Assembly (NCBI GenBank): GCA_036676725.1
Contig: JAKFCI010000209.1
Span: 1 to 53,072, forward strand
Origin: Chitinophagaceae bacterium
GTDB taxonomy: Bacteria; Bacteroidota; Bacteroidia; Chitinophagales; Chitinophagaceae
Length of the DNA stretch: 53,072 nucleotides
Direction: 5' to 3'
The position numbers and the translations under genes are program-made. Numbering within the stretch: the first letter of the stretch is position 1; each line of letters starts with the position of its first letter. This document shows positions 1 to 8,797 of the stretch, in pieces. The notes beneath the pieces are model-generated. The model did no database searches. It had not been told where the DNA came from and was given only the letters and a program-made list of their open reading frames with translations.

Positions 1-147
1 CTTTCATGCTTTTTTAAAATGCCAAACGTTTAACAAGCTGTCAGCCAAATTCATACGATTTTTAAATTAGCATTTAAGAGAAGGACCGTTTTGATTTTAT
101 TGCTTTCTTATACAAGCCTGGGCGAGGAGTTTTTAGATTTATTTAGT

Positions 148-3072
148 TTATTGTTGTTTTAATCCCACTTTCTGCATCCACCTGGCTTCAATGCTGTAAA
201 CACCAAATTCCTCTACCACCTTGCCTTTTATGTGATAAAATCCCCTGCCTGTCAACCTGTTTTTTTCCGCTACATCCGGAAAGTGCACACTATCTACCCA
301 ATCGCCGGCACTATCGATGAAGGTGCCGAAATACATTAATTGCCCTTTTGATGTGCGCAAAGGCTTTTCAGTTATGTAATAAACAAGTACATCAATTAAT
401 TTACCGGTATGCTGTGGAAAATCCTTCGCTTTAATAAATTTAGAAAGATCGGCATCCACCAGCTTAAACGGATCGCAGAGTGCAAAATCCAGAATCTCTT
501 TTTCATCAAGTGCATCCTCAAAGGCAGAATGATGCAATTGGGGTAGTTTAAACTCCAAAGGCTTGGAAGGAAAAAGTGCTGCGCCTGCAGTTTGCTTAAC
601 ACGCCGCGAAAGAAAATTCGCTTCCCAAAGTAATTCCTTTTTATTCTTGCCTGTAAAGCGCAAAGCGCCTACACGTATTAAAGTATTAAGTTGCTCGGCG
701 CCAATGGAAGTGCGTTCAATAAAATCCAATAAATTTAAAAAGCTTCCGTATGCGGAGCGTTCATCAATGATCTTTTGCAGTGTTGCCTCTTCTAAACTTT
801 TAATGTGTATAAATCCAATGTAAACATCCCTGCCCCTGATATTCGTATATACATCACTGTTATTAACGCAAGGCGCATGCACTTTAGCGCCGGCCCTTCG
901 CAGTTCATGAAAATATAATTCCCTGCTGTAAAATCCACCGAAGTTATTGATAACGGCAACCATAAACTCCAACGGGTAATAGGTTTTCAGGTACAGGCTT
1001 TGATAGCTTTCAACAGCAAAAGAAGCGGAATGTGCTTTCGAAAAAGAATAACCTCCAAAACTTTCAATTTGTCGCCAAACCTCTTTTGCAATATCATCGG
1101 GGTAACCAAACTCTTTACAATTTTGAAAGAACTTTACCCGGATCTCTTCAAACTGTTTATGCCCACGAAACTTACCACTCATAGCCCGGCGCAAAACGTC
1201 TGCTTCGCCCATATCTAAACCGGCAAAGTGGTGCGCTACTTTTATCACATCTTCCTGGTACACCATTACACCATAGGTTTCATGCAGCAGTTCTTCCATT
1301 TTTGGATGCAGGTATTGAATTTTTTCCGGCTGGTGAAAGCGTTCAATGTAAGCCCGCATCATACCTGATTGCGAAACACCCGGACGAATAATAGAAGACG
1401 CTGCGACAAGTGTCAGGTAATCATCGCAACGCAGTTTTAAAAGCAACTGCCGCATAGCCGGACTCTCGATATAAAAACACCCGATCGTATCGCCCCGGCG
1501 AATCTGCGCAGCTACTTGCGGGTCGCGTTTAAATTTTTCTACATCGTGTATATCAATAGAAATGCTTCGGTTTTGGCGCACCAGTTGAATGCATTCTTTT
1601 ATATGACTTAACCCGCGCTGTGAAAGTATATCGAGCTTGTGTAAGCATATTTTATCAGCCACGAACATATCAAATTGTGTAGTAGCAAAACCTTTTGGGG
1701 GCAACTCTAATGCTGCATAATTATAAATTGGTTGTTCAGAAATCAGCATGCCCCCCGGGTGAATGCTGGTATAATTTGGAAAGTTTTTTAATAAAGCGCC
1801 ATAGCGTAATATTTGTTTTTGAATTTTGTCTTCTTTTAATGTAGCCTCCGGGTTTGCAGCAATCGCATCTACTTCGTGTTTCGGAAGTCCGAATACTTTA
1901 GCCAGTTCTCTTAAAGAAGCGCCATATTGAAAAGTGCTGTACATTCCCAACAGCGCTACATGCTGCTCTCCATAACGTTTAAAAATATAATCGATGATCT
2001 CATCCCGATCCTTATGGCTAAAATCTATATCAAAATCCGGAGGTGAAATCCGGTGTGGGTTCAGAAAACGTTCAAAATAAAGATCAAGTTCGATAGGATT
2101 AACATCAGTGATTTGTAAACAGTATGCAACAATAGAATTTGCGCCACTACCCCGCCCTACGTAATAAAAGCCACGGCTTTGCGCATACCGGATCACATCC
2201 CACGTAATTAAAAAATATACATTAAAGCGCATTTCGCTTATAATGCGTAATTCTTTTCTAACCCTTTTTTCGGCTTCACGATTGTTTGATCCATAACGAT
2301 ACCGCATGCCGTCCATCGCCAATTTTTCCAACAATATGCAATCATCATTTTCTGTAGCCGTAAATACTTTTTTATTCTTACTCTGTTTAAAATCAAAATC
2401 ATACTGGCAGCTATCAATCACCTGCAGCGTGTTGGTAACTATGTGCGGATGATTACGGAAGGCATTAAAAATAAAGGCAGGTGATACAAATTCTTCAGTT
2501 GGCGCAGCTACTTGTTCCGCCGTTTGCTGGCTAAGCAAAATATTATGATCGATTGCACGCAGCAACCGATGCAGGTTATAATGTATCTTATTTTTAAATG
2601 TTACGGGATGCCGTACTACAAAACGTGTTGAATAATTTGCAGTATCTATTCCAAAAAGTTTATTGATCTCTGAAAGTTGTACGCCGATCAATTCATTCTC
2701 GCCAAGTTCGTTTGGTTGTATGCTTCCCAAAGGATAAATGACCCAAACATCTTTGTTCATTTCCGGTCGTGGCGGGAAAAGCTCTTTTTTTTGTAAATGA
2801 TTGGTCAGGAAAAAATTGATCAGGCCAAGCCCCTTTGCATTTTTTGCAAGCAGTAAGTATAACAAATGATCTCCATTGCGTACTTCGCAACCAAGTACAG
2901 GTTTTATATTGTTTTCATTGCAAGCCTCATAAAAGTTCCAAACGTCGCAGGTATTGTTGATGTTTGTAAGCGTAAGCGAAGAAGCCCCCACTTCAACGGC
3001 TTGGGTTACCAGGTCTTGTGTGCTGAAAGTGCCATAGCGATAAGAAAAATATGTTTTGCAATTGAGATACAT
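148..3072 (-). CDS. dnaE2: Error-prone DNA polymerase III alpha subunit (DnaE2 type)
   Basis: N-terminal PHP-like region, GRGSGANS, FERFLNP..PPDFDIDF, HPGG and YSFSKAHS motifs. Short (~975 aa) and directly downstream of dinB. Start placed at MYLNC (3072) rather than 3093. Confidence 0.92.
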   Translation of the reverse strand: MYLNCKTYFSYRYGTFSTQDLVTQAVEVGASSLTLTNINNTCDVWNFYEACNENNIKPVLGCEVRNGDHLLYLLLAKNAKGLGLINFFLTNHLQKKELFPPRPEMNKDVWVIYPLGSIQPNELGENELIGVQLSEINKLFGIDTANYSTRFVVRHPVTFKNKIHYNLHRLLRAIDHNILLSQQTAEQVAAPTEEFVSPAFIFNAFRNHPHIVTNTLQVIDSCQYDFDFKQSKNKKVFTATENDDCILLEKLAMDGMRYRYGSNNREAEKRVRKELRIISEMRFNVYFLITWDVIRYAQSRGFYYVGRGSGANSIVAYCLQITDVNPIELDLYFERFLNPHRISPPDFDIDFSHKDRDEIIDYIFKRYGEQHVALLGMYSTFQYGASLRELAKVFGLPKHEVDAIAANPEATLKEDKIQKQILRYGALLKNFPNYTSIHPGGMLISEQPIYNYAALELPPKGFATTQFDMFVADKICLHKLDILSQRGLSHIKECIQLVRQNRSISIDIHDVEKFKRDPQVAAQIRRGDTIGCFYIESPAMRQLLLKLRCDDYLTLVAASSIIRPGVSQSGMMRAYIERFHQPEKIQYLHPKMEELLHETYGVMVYQEDVIKVAHHFAGLDMGEADVLRRAMSGKFRGHKQFEEIRVKFFQNCKEFGYPDDIAKEVWRQIESFGGYSFSKAHSASFAVESYQSLYLKTYYPLEFMVAVINNFGGFYSRELYFHELRRAGAKVHAPCVNNSDVYTNIRGRDVYIGFIHIKSLEEATLQKIIDERSAYGSFLNLLDFIERTSIGAEQLNTLIRVGALRFTGKNKKELLWEANFLSRRVKQTAGAALFPSKPLEFKLPQLHHSAFEDALDEKEILDFALCDPFKLVDADLSKFIKAKDFPQHTGKLIDVLVYYITEKPLRTSKGQLMYFGTFIDSAGDWVDSVHFPDVAEKNRLTGRGFYHIKGKVVEEFGVYSIEARWMQKVGLKQQ

Positions 3073-3082
3073 GGTTTTGGTT

Positions 3083-4231
3083 TTAAAGGCCACTAGCCCG
3101 CATGATCATATACTTACCAAAACGATTGTTAACGCTGTCAAGCGCCTGGTATAATTTGATGAATTCATCTTTATCATCAAAAAGGTTGATCTGGTAATTA
3201 CCCGGTACAAGGTTGGTGAGGCGTACACCTATAAGGCGTACAAGTAATCTTCTGTCGTAAAGCTTGTAAAAAAGTTCTTTTACTTTTTGAATGAGCAAGT
3301 GATCCAGTGAGGTATAAACAATACTGCATTGTTTGGTTACGGTATTGAAATCCGCATACTTGATCTTGACGGTTACGCATCCTGCAAGTTTGGTTTGTTG
3401 ACGCAATTCAAAAGCTACTCTTTCTGTCATGGAAACCAGTTGCGCTTCCAGGAAACGAACATCTGTCGTATCGCTTTCAAATGTGCTTTCGGTGCCAATA
3501 CTTTTTTGTTCCGAATAAGGCACCACCAGCGAATCGTCGATACCATTAGCCCTGCGCCATAATTCAATACCATTTTTACCTAACAAATTTTCCAGCATTT
3601 CCACTGGTATCTGGCTAAGTGTTTCAATTCTAACCACACCCATTTGGCGAAGGAGCTCGGTAGTTTTTGGTCCAACCATCGGCAGTTTTTCTATTGGCAG
3701 CGGGTTTAAAAAAGCCTTTTCACTGCCAAAAGGGATCATTAACTGTCCATTAGGTTTCGATTCATCCGTTGCAACTTTGCTAACTAATTTATTGATTGAA
3801 AGCCCGCTGGAAATTGGGAGACCGGACTCCCTAATAACTTTTTTGCGTAACTCCTGGCTAAACATATTACAGCCAAAAAACTTATCCATTCCCGTTAGGT
3901 CCACATAAAATTCATCGATAGAAGCTTTTTCAAATTGAGGTACATTTTCTTTAATAATATTTGTTACCAGTTGCGAATACTTGCTATAATTTTCCATGTC
4001 ACCGCTGATGATGGTGGCTTGCGGACAAAGCCGCTTTGCTAACTTCATCGACATGGCAGAACGAATACCAAATTTGCGGGCTTCGTAACTACAAGCGGCC
4101 ACAACCGCACGGTCTGATTTTCCGCCAACCAACAAAGGCTTGCCTTTTAAACCTGTGTTTTTTAAACACTCCACATTTATAAAAAATGCATCGAGGTCAT
4201 AATGCGCTATGGTACGTCCGTTATTGATCAT
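3083..4231 (-). CDS. dinB: DNA polymerase IV (Y-family)
   Basis: HYDLDAFF, AACSYEARKFG and SIDEFYVD motifs, plus C-terminal QINLF beta-clamp motif. Start placed at MINNGRTIAH (4231); the ORF-track extension crosses the operator region. Confidence 0.95.
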   Translation of the reverse strand: MINNGRTIAHYDLDAFFINVECLKNTGLKGKPLLVGGKSDRAVVAACSYEARKFGIRSAMSMKLAKRLCPQATIISGDMENYSKYSQLVTNIIKENVPQFEKASIDEFYVDLTGMDKFFGCNMFSQELRKKVIRESGLPISSGLSINKLVSKVATDESKPNGQLMIPFGSEKAFLNPLPIEKLPMVGPKTTELLRQMGVVRIETLSQIPVEMLENLLGKNGIELWRRANGIDDSLVVPYSEQKSIGTESTFESDTTDVRFLEAQLVSMTERVAFELRQQTKLAGCVTVKIKYADFNTVTKQCSIVYTSLDHLLIQKVKELFYKLYDRRLLVRLIGVRLTNLVPGNYQINLFDDKDEFIKLYQALDSVNNRFGKYMIMRASGL

Positions 4232-4250
4232 AAAAGAATCCAGTGCTAAA

Positions 4251-4287
4251 CTAAATATTTTAGCAAAATAATTGCCAAAAAGTTTAG
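4251..4287. promoter_or_regulatory. Putative Bacteroidota SOS (non-canonical LexA) boxes
   Basis: CTAA-ATATT-TTAG at 4251-4263 and CCAA-AAAGT-TTAG at 4275-4287, immediately upstream of dinB. Matches the CTAA-N5-TTAG motif described for Bacteroidetes LexA-like repressors. Confidence 0.7.
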
Positions 4288-4310
4288 CACAGTGCCAGCA
4301 ACAAAGCACT

Positions 4311-4365
4311 AAAAGCACTGGCACCAAAAAGAAATTAATTATCCACACTAACTTTTAGTGCCAGT
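4311..4365 (-). terminator. Stem-loop after the ytxH-like gene (possible terminator or attenuator)
   Basis: 13-bp arms at 4317-4329 and 4353-4365, with one G-U pair on the minus strand, followed by GCTTTT. Confidence 0.45.
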
Positions 4366-4405
4366 AAATTTTTAAATATTCGGAGATTTACGAGTAAAAG
4401 AAAGA

Positions 4406-4648
4406 TCAACTATATTCTTCGGCAAGTTTTTCTGCTTTATTACATTCTCTTATAAATTCCTTTTTCAGTTCGCTGATCTTTTGTTTTGCATCATTGATGA
4501 TATCATCCATTTTCCCGGCAAAACCTTCGCCTTTATATTTCCACTTTTTTGAAAGCTTCTTTCCTTTTTCTGTTGAAAGCAAGGCCACAATACCAGCAAT
4601 GGTAACCCCGGCAGCAATCGCAATAAAAACTCTTTTATCTACTTTCAT
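4406..4648 (-). CDS. YtxH-like small protein (one TM helix plus charged coiled region)
   Basis: Hydrophobic N-terminus then LLSTEKGKKLSKK and a charged helical tail, the pattern typical of YtxH. Confidence 0.65.
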   Translation of the reverse strand: MKVDKRVFIAIAAGVTIAGIVALLSTEKGKKLSKKWKYKGEGFAGKMDDIINDAKQKISELKKEFIRECNKAEKLAEEYS

Positions 4649-4689
4649 AAAATTTATTTTAGTATTTAACTATGGTTGTTTTAATCAGG

Positions 4690-5094
4690 TTATAAAATTT
4701 TCTCTCTTTCAATCCAAAGATTGTCAGAAGGGTTTTCCATGCTTTTTTTTCCAATTTCGTTTTGTTCATCAAGAGTAAAAACGTCAGTACCGGCGGTTTG
4801 TATCCATTGCGACCCTTCGCGTCTGTATATTTGTGGAAAGAGTAAAAATTTTGTTTTAAATTCTTCTTCTACATCACCGGTTTTTTTCCAGCCCTGGACT
4901 CCTATCGTATCGGCATTCAATTTTTTTGAGATAGCTGACAACTTAAAACTTTTATCATACCAGTGTTTTGTTTTTGTTGTTTCGCCAAATTCATGTGATT
5001 TATCGGCAAACTCAATTTTTAAATACGGATAGGCTTTTTGAAATTGTTGTTGCACATCATTAACCGTTGTTGAATTATTTATTTTGATTTTCAT
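4690..5094 (-). CDS. Hypothetical protein, 134 aa
   Basis: Protein-like ORF (FQKAYPYLKIEF, QIYRR..WIQT...TLDEQN) in operon context; function unknown. Confidence 0.8.
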   Translation of the reverse strand: MKIKINNSTTVNDVQQQFQKAYPYLKIEFADKSHEFGETTKTKHWYDKSFKLSAISKKLNADTIGVQGWKKTGDVEEEFKTKFLLFPQIYRREGSQWIQTAGTDVFTLDEQNEIGKKSMENPSDNLWIEREKIL

Positions 5095-5261
5095 ATTGTT
5101 GTAGGGTTATTCTGAATGAAAAATTGGTACAGGTTTTCCAGGAGAAAAGCAATAGCGTCTTTAGCAAACCGGAAACCAAAAGCCACAACTAATATGGTTA
5201 CCAGCCATATGACAAATTGCCTAAAATCAACGGGATCGGCTGTAAGTATGGGGGTATACAT
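5091..5261 (-). CDS. Unannotated 56-aa small membrane protein
   Basis: MYTPILTADPVDFRQFVIWLVTILVVAFGFRFAKDAIAFLLENLYQFFIQNNPTTI*. Its stop overlaps the next start (ATGA) and it lies just downstream of promoter A. Confidence 0.7.
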   Translation of the reverse strand: MYTPILTADPVDFRQFVIWLVTILVVAFGFRFAKDAIAFLLENLYQFFIQNNPTTI

Positions 5262-5279
5262 ATAACGAGTTTACCATAC

Positions 5280-5344
5280 ACAATTTAATAGGCGGGTATA
5301 TTTCAAACAATAATCATTGTCAGAATAAGCAGTGATTCAAATCA
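5280..5344 (-). promoter_or_regulatory. Tandem-box promoter A
   Basis: TAATCATTGTCA 5311-5322 and TGATTCAAATCA 5333-5344. Minus-strand TTG follows, and -7 TAAATTGT ends at 5280. Confidence 0.7.
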
Positions 5345-5478
5345 GTTAAAAAAAGCATTGGTTGAACAAACATTTTAAATATTAGCGTAATAAAATTTTA
5401 ATTGTTGTTTTCAATTAAATATTGATTTTATTTATAAAACAGAAACAGGTATGGTTTTTAGTAATTCATCAAAACAAA

Positions 5479-6750
5479 ATGAGCACTTATTTAATCTCAC
5501 TGACTATAATTGGAATTGCATCACTTGCCATGGCATGGATGCCCTCATTGACAGATAAAACTAAAATTTCCTATGCCATTATTTACGTGGTAATTGGAGG
5601 CTTATTATATTTTTTCATTCCTGCTTTACCTGCCCCCGATCCATTGGAACACGAGGATTTTACGCTTCACCTGACAGAGTTAGTAGTTATTGTTTCCATT
5701 ATGGGTACAGGACTAAAAATTGATGAACCTTTTTCCCGGAGATCCTGGATAGCTCCATTCAGGCTTGTTACCATTACTATGGTGCTTTCGATAGCTGCTG
5801 TAGCCTGGGTAACCTGGTATTTTTTTGATTTAAATCCTGCCACCGCCATTTTATTAGGTGCGGTCTTAGCCCCTACCGATCCCGTTTTAGCCTCGGATGT
5901 GCAGGTAGGACCGCCGCTTGAAAATGATAAGGATAATACAAAGTTCACTTTAACGGCTGAAGCCGGAATGAATGATGGAATGGCCTTTCCTTTTACCTGG
6001 TTAGCTTTAGCACTTGTTGCAACTACAGCCACAACTTCCATCCAGGAAAGAATAATATCATGGGTGTGGATGGATCTTTTTTACCGGCTTGCTGCAGGTC
6101 TTTTTATTGGCTATTTAATGGGTAAGCTCCTTTCCTATCTCGTCATCTATCTCCCTGAAAAGAAAAATTTTGTCGTGATCCGTGATGGTTTTGTTGGCAT
6201 TGCTGCTACTTTAATGGTTTATGGTATTACGGAAATGATACATGGATATGGATTCATTGCTGTATTTGTAACGGCCATTACATTGCGCAATTCCGAAATG
6301 GGCCATTCTTATCACAAAAAATTACACAGTTTTACAGACCAGATCGAAAGGATTTTAGTTGCGATTGTTTTGCTATTGTTAGGTGGGGCCGTTGTGTCAG
6401 GCATTTTAAAACCACTTACATTAAACTGGGCCCTATTTGGATTGGCCTTTATTTTTATCATTCGCCCGGTTACTGCCATGGCTTCAATGATTGGCGTACC
6501 GTATCACAAAAAAGAAAAACTGGCTATTAGTTTTTTTGGCATACGCGGAATGGGTTCGTTTTTTTACCTCGCATTTGCACTTAGCCAGGTAAACTTGGCT
6601 AATGATGAAGAACTTTGGGCGATCGTTTCCTTTATCGTGCTTGCTTCTATTTTTATACATGGCATTTCAGCCACAACGGTCATCAAAAGTCTTTCCGGAA
6701 AGTACACGCATATTGAAGAAATAATTGAAAAGGAAGAAAAGGAAGTGTAA
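5479..6750 (+). CDS. Cation:proton antiporter, CPA1/NhaP type
   Basis: Multi-TM protein with LAPTDPV, EAGMNDG and FFGIRG motifs. Start placed at MSTY (5479). Confidence 0.9.
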   Translation: MSTYLISLTIIGIASLAMAWMPSLTDKTKISYAIIYVVIGGLLYFFIPALPAPDPLEHEDFTLHLTELVVIVSIMGTGLKIDEPFSRRSWIAPFRLVTITMVLSIAAVAWVTWYFFDLNPATAILLGAVLAPTDPVLASDVQVGPPLENDKDNTKFTLTAEAGMNDGMAFPFTWLALALVATTATTSIQERIISWVWMDLFYRLAAGLFIGYLMGKLLSYLVIYLPEKKNFVVIRDGFVGIAATLMVYGITEMIHGYGFIAVFVTAITLRNSEMGHSYHKKLHSFTDQIERILVAIVLLLLGGAVVSGILKPLTLNWALFGLAFIFIIRPVTAMASMIGVPYHKKEKLAISFFGIRGMGSFFYLAFALSQVNLANDEELWAIVSFIVLASIFIHGISATTVIKSLSGKYTHIEEIIEKEEKEV

Positions 6751-6763
6751 GATCAAACTGCCG

Positions 6764-7822
6764 TTATCTTTCTCCTACAATCCTGTTTAATAAAGATCTT
6801 GTGGTTTCTGCATTCCACTTGGCAAATCGTCCACGCTGCACCACAAGCCTGTTGGCATCTTCGGCATGTTGCAAAAAATAATGAAAAACAAATTGTTCTT
6901 TTGGATCGTGCCAGCCTACCATTTGGCCAAACCGAAGATCATTGAAGACCAGCGTATCGCCCCAATTTTCCAGGGTGTAAAACCCTTGTGAAAATCGAAT
7001 TAAATGTTGCACCTCTTCATGATGTTTTAAAGTATCCAGCAAGTGATCGTTTTGTGGAAAATAAGTATACTTTACATTTTTGTTTTTATCAAAAACCGAG
7101 CGGTATCCTATTAAAAACCCAGCCTTTTCTTTAACAACTACATACCATAACCAGTTATTTAATGGTGTTGGTGTGGTGAAATAATTTCCTGCGTTAATAT
7201 TTTGATGCGCAAATGAATACCGTATATCTCTATCAATGTTCCATTTATTAAAAGAACAGTAAACCAGATAAATAACACTTGCAAAAACTGCGAACTTCCA
7301 CCAAAACCTTCTTTTTCTATTGGTTCTTTTTAAAAAAAGTAAGGCAAAAAAAGCCATAGCCGGCCATATCGAAAAAAAAGGATCGGCTACAAACATGGCA
7401 TTAAAAGAAAAGCGCTTATGGCTGAATGGCTCGAGCAAACCAGTACCATAAGTATTAAAAAGATCAAGGAAAAGATGCAGGCAGATTTGAAGGCCAAAAA
7501 ACAACAACCACTTTTTGTATCCAATGCGGTGTTGCCGGTGAAAATGTTCGGCCAGCAAAGCAAAAAAAAGCGTTGCGATGCCGGCAAATAAAATCGAATG
7601 GGTAAAGCCACGGTGTGCTAAAAGGTTGGCGGCCGTGTCATTCCATAAAGCAGATAAAAAATCAATATCAGGTATGCTTTGGCCCAAAGCACCTAAAAAC
7701 ATAGCTCTTTTGCCTAGTTTTTTACCTGCAATTGCTTCCCCGATACAAGCCCCAACGGCAATATGTGTTAATGAATCAATGGTAATAGGTTTTGTTATGA
7801 ACCGAATGGAATTAGTACCCAC
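6764..7822 (-). CDS. YdjM-like metal-dependent membrane hydrolase
   Basis: DSLTH, PDID, HRGFTHS and HLFLD motifs. Start uncertain (GTG 7822 versus ATT 7780). Confidence 0.85.
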   Translation of the reverse strand: MGTNSIRFITKPITIDSLTHIAVGACIGEAIAGKKLGKRAMFLGALGQSIPDIDFLSALWNDTAANLLAHRGFTHSILFAGIATLFFALLAEHFHRQHRIGYKKWLLFFGLQICLHLFLDLFNTYGTGLLEPFSHKRFSFNAMFVADPFFSIWPAMAFFALLFLKRTNRKRRFWWKFAVFASVIYLVYCSFNKWNIDRDIRYSFAHQNINAGNYFTTPTPLNNWLWYVVVKEKAGFLIGYRSVFDKNKNVKYTYFPQNDHLLDTLKHHEEVQHLIRFSQGFYTLENWGDTLVFNDLRFGQMVGWHDPKEQFVFHYFLQHAEDANRLVVQRGRFAKWNAETTRSLLNRIVGER

Positions 7823-7887
7823 CTCAAATTTCTATATATAATAGATATTCTTAAAACCATTTTTACCACTGTTGCAAGCGCATTAAT

Positions 7888-7923
7888 TAAATAAATAAGG
7901 CAGGCTGTTGACAACCTACCTTA
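7888..7923 (-). terminator. Intrinsic terminator (minus strand)
   Basis: Arms 7896-7908 and 7911-7923 pair fully only on the minus strand (two G-U pairs), followed by TTTATTT. Confidence 0.7.
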
Positions 7924-8097
7924 CCGGCTAATGATAGACTGAAACCTTTTAGATTTTTCACCTACCATTGTCTCATTTAATTCTCCACTTCTAATTGAGA
8001 TCACAGCATCTCTGCTGTTTTGAAGATTGACGATCAACTATTCTATTACAAATAATTAACCATTTTTTCTAACTGAACCGAATTGTTTCGAATTAAA
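7888..8097 (-). ncRNA. Candidate ~200-nt small transcript (sRNA or 38-aa TTG-start peptide at 7921-8037)
   Basis: Bounded by promoter B and a strand-specific terminator; contains no ORF over 60 aa. Confidence 0.45.
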
Positions 8098-8103
8098 CTG
8101 ACG

Positions 8104-8168
8104 TAAAAATAATTACGCTATCAACTTAATTCAATGACCGTCATCAGTCTTTTTTCTATTCTTCATCA
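8104..8168 (-). promoter_or_regulatory. Tandem-box promoter B
   Basis: TGACCGTCATCA 8135-8146 and TATTCTTCATCA 8157-8168. Minus-strand TTG follows, and -7 TATTTTTA ends at 8104. Confidence 0.65.
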
Positions 8169-8241
8169 TTGTGATTACCGAACACAACTCTTTACAATTT
8201 GGTTTGCTTATATTAATCAAATAGAAACTTATAAAAAATGC

Positions 8242-8306
8242 AAACCACAATCAATCATATGAATGATGACCCTCATTGACCCAAGTAAAAACAACTTATA
8301 AATTGC
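8242..8306 (+). promoter_or_regulatory. Tandem-box promoter C
   Basis: AAACCACAATCA 8242-8253 and TGATGACCCTCA 8264-8275, then TTG, and -7 TAAATTGC ending at 8306. Confidence 0.65.
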
Positions 8307-8321
8307 CAATAAAAGCAAATC

Positions 8322-8741
8322 ATGCCTACCTCAATTGCGGAATATTATATTAATGAATTAAATGATTGGGAAGATGCAATTTCCCTACATATTGAAGAAA
8401 TAGACCAGCTGGAAGAATGGTTAAAGGAAGTATTACGCAACAATACCGTTGTTAACCTTGCAGGAAAAGTAGAGCACTATTTAAATAATTTGTTTTTAAC
8501 CAAACAAAACCTGGGCATATTAAAAGCAAAAATTCGTGATGGCGAAGACAAGTTATATAAAGGAGAAATACCAATTGGAAATGACCAGATCACCGAAGAA
8601 ATTAAAAGTCAACAAAATGAATTTCGGAAAAATTTGTATGGCCTGGAAAGACAGTACCTCGATATAAAATTTGAATGCGAAGACTTTCTTGCAACTACAG
8701 TAACAAAACAAAATAAAAAACAAAACAACAACCAACTTTAA
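8322..8741 (+). CDS. Hypothetical all-helical acidic protein, 139 aa
   Basis: Amphipathic helical pattern; has its own tandem-box promoter. Confidence 0.8.
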   Translation: MPTSIAEYYINELNDWEDAISLHIEEIDQLEEWLKEVLRNNTVVNLAGKVEHYLNNLFLTKQNLGILKAKIRDGEDKLYKGEIPIGNDQITEEIKSQQNEFRKNLYGLERQYLDIKFECEDFLATTVTKQNKKQNNNQL

Positions 8742-8797
8742 CCAACGACTTGTTTCGTGATCAATTGAAAAGGATTTATTTGTTTTTTAAAATGAGA

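Noticed and set aside
1-54. Possible minus-strand gene start (CAT at 5-7) with CAAACGTTTA (23-32) resembling the PUL LacI operator
   Set aside because: The gene lies outside the window and the match is partial; it cannot be assigned.
4232-4348. N-terminal extensions in the ORF track (dinB here; also 5422, 10184, 17582, 22343, 42447, 50916)
   Set aside because: They run through promoter or operator DNA or precede the family-typical start or signal peptide.
4243-4365. Invertible (phase-variable) promoter suggested by the inverted repeats
   Set aside because: Spacers are only 23-28 bp and no recombinase is nearby; operators and RNA hairpins explain the repeats better.
5333-5478. Site A also driving the antiporter in the plus direction
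   Set aside because: No TTG after the box and no -7 element at +31 (nearest TTTA ends at +33).
7823-7887. SOS control of the YdjM-like gene, as in E. coli
   Set aside because: No CTAA-N5-TTAG box seen upstream.
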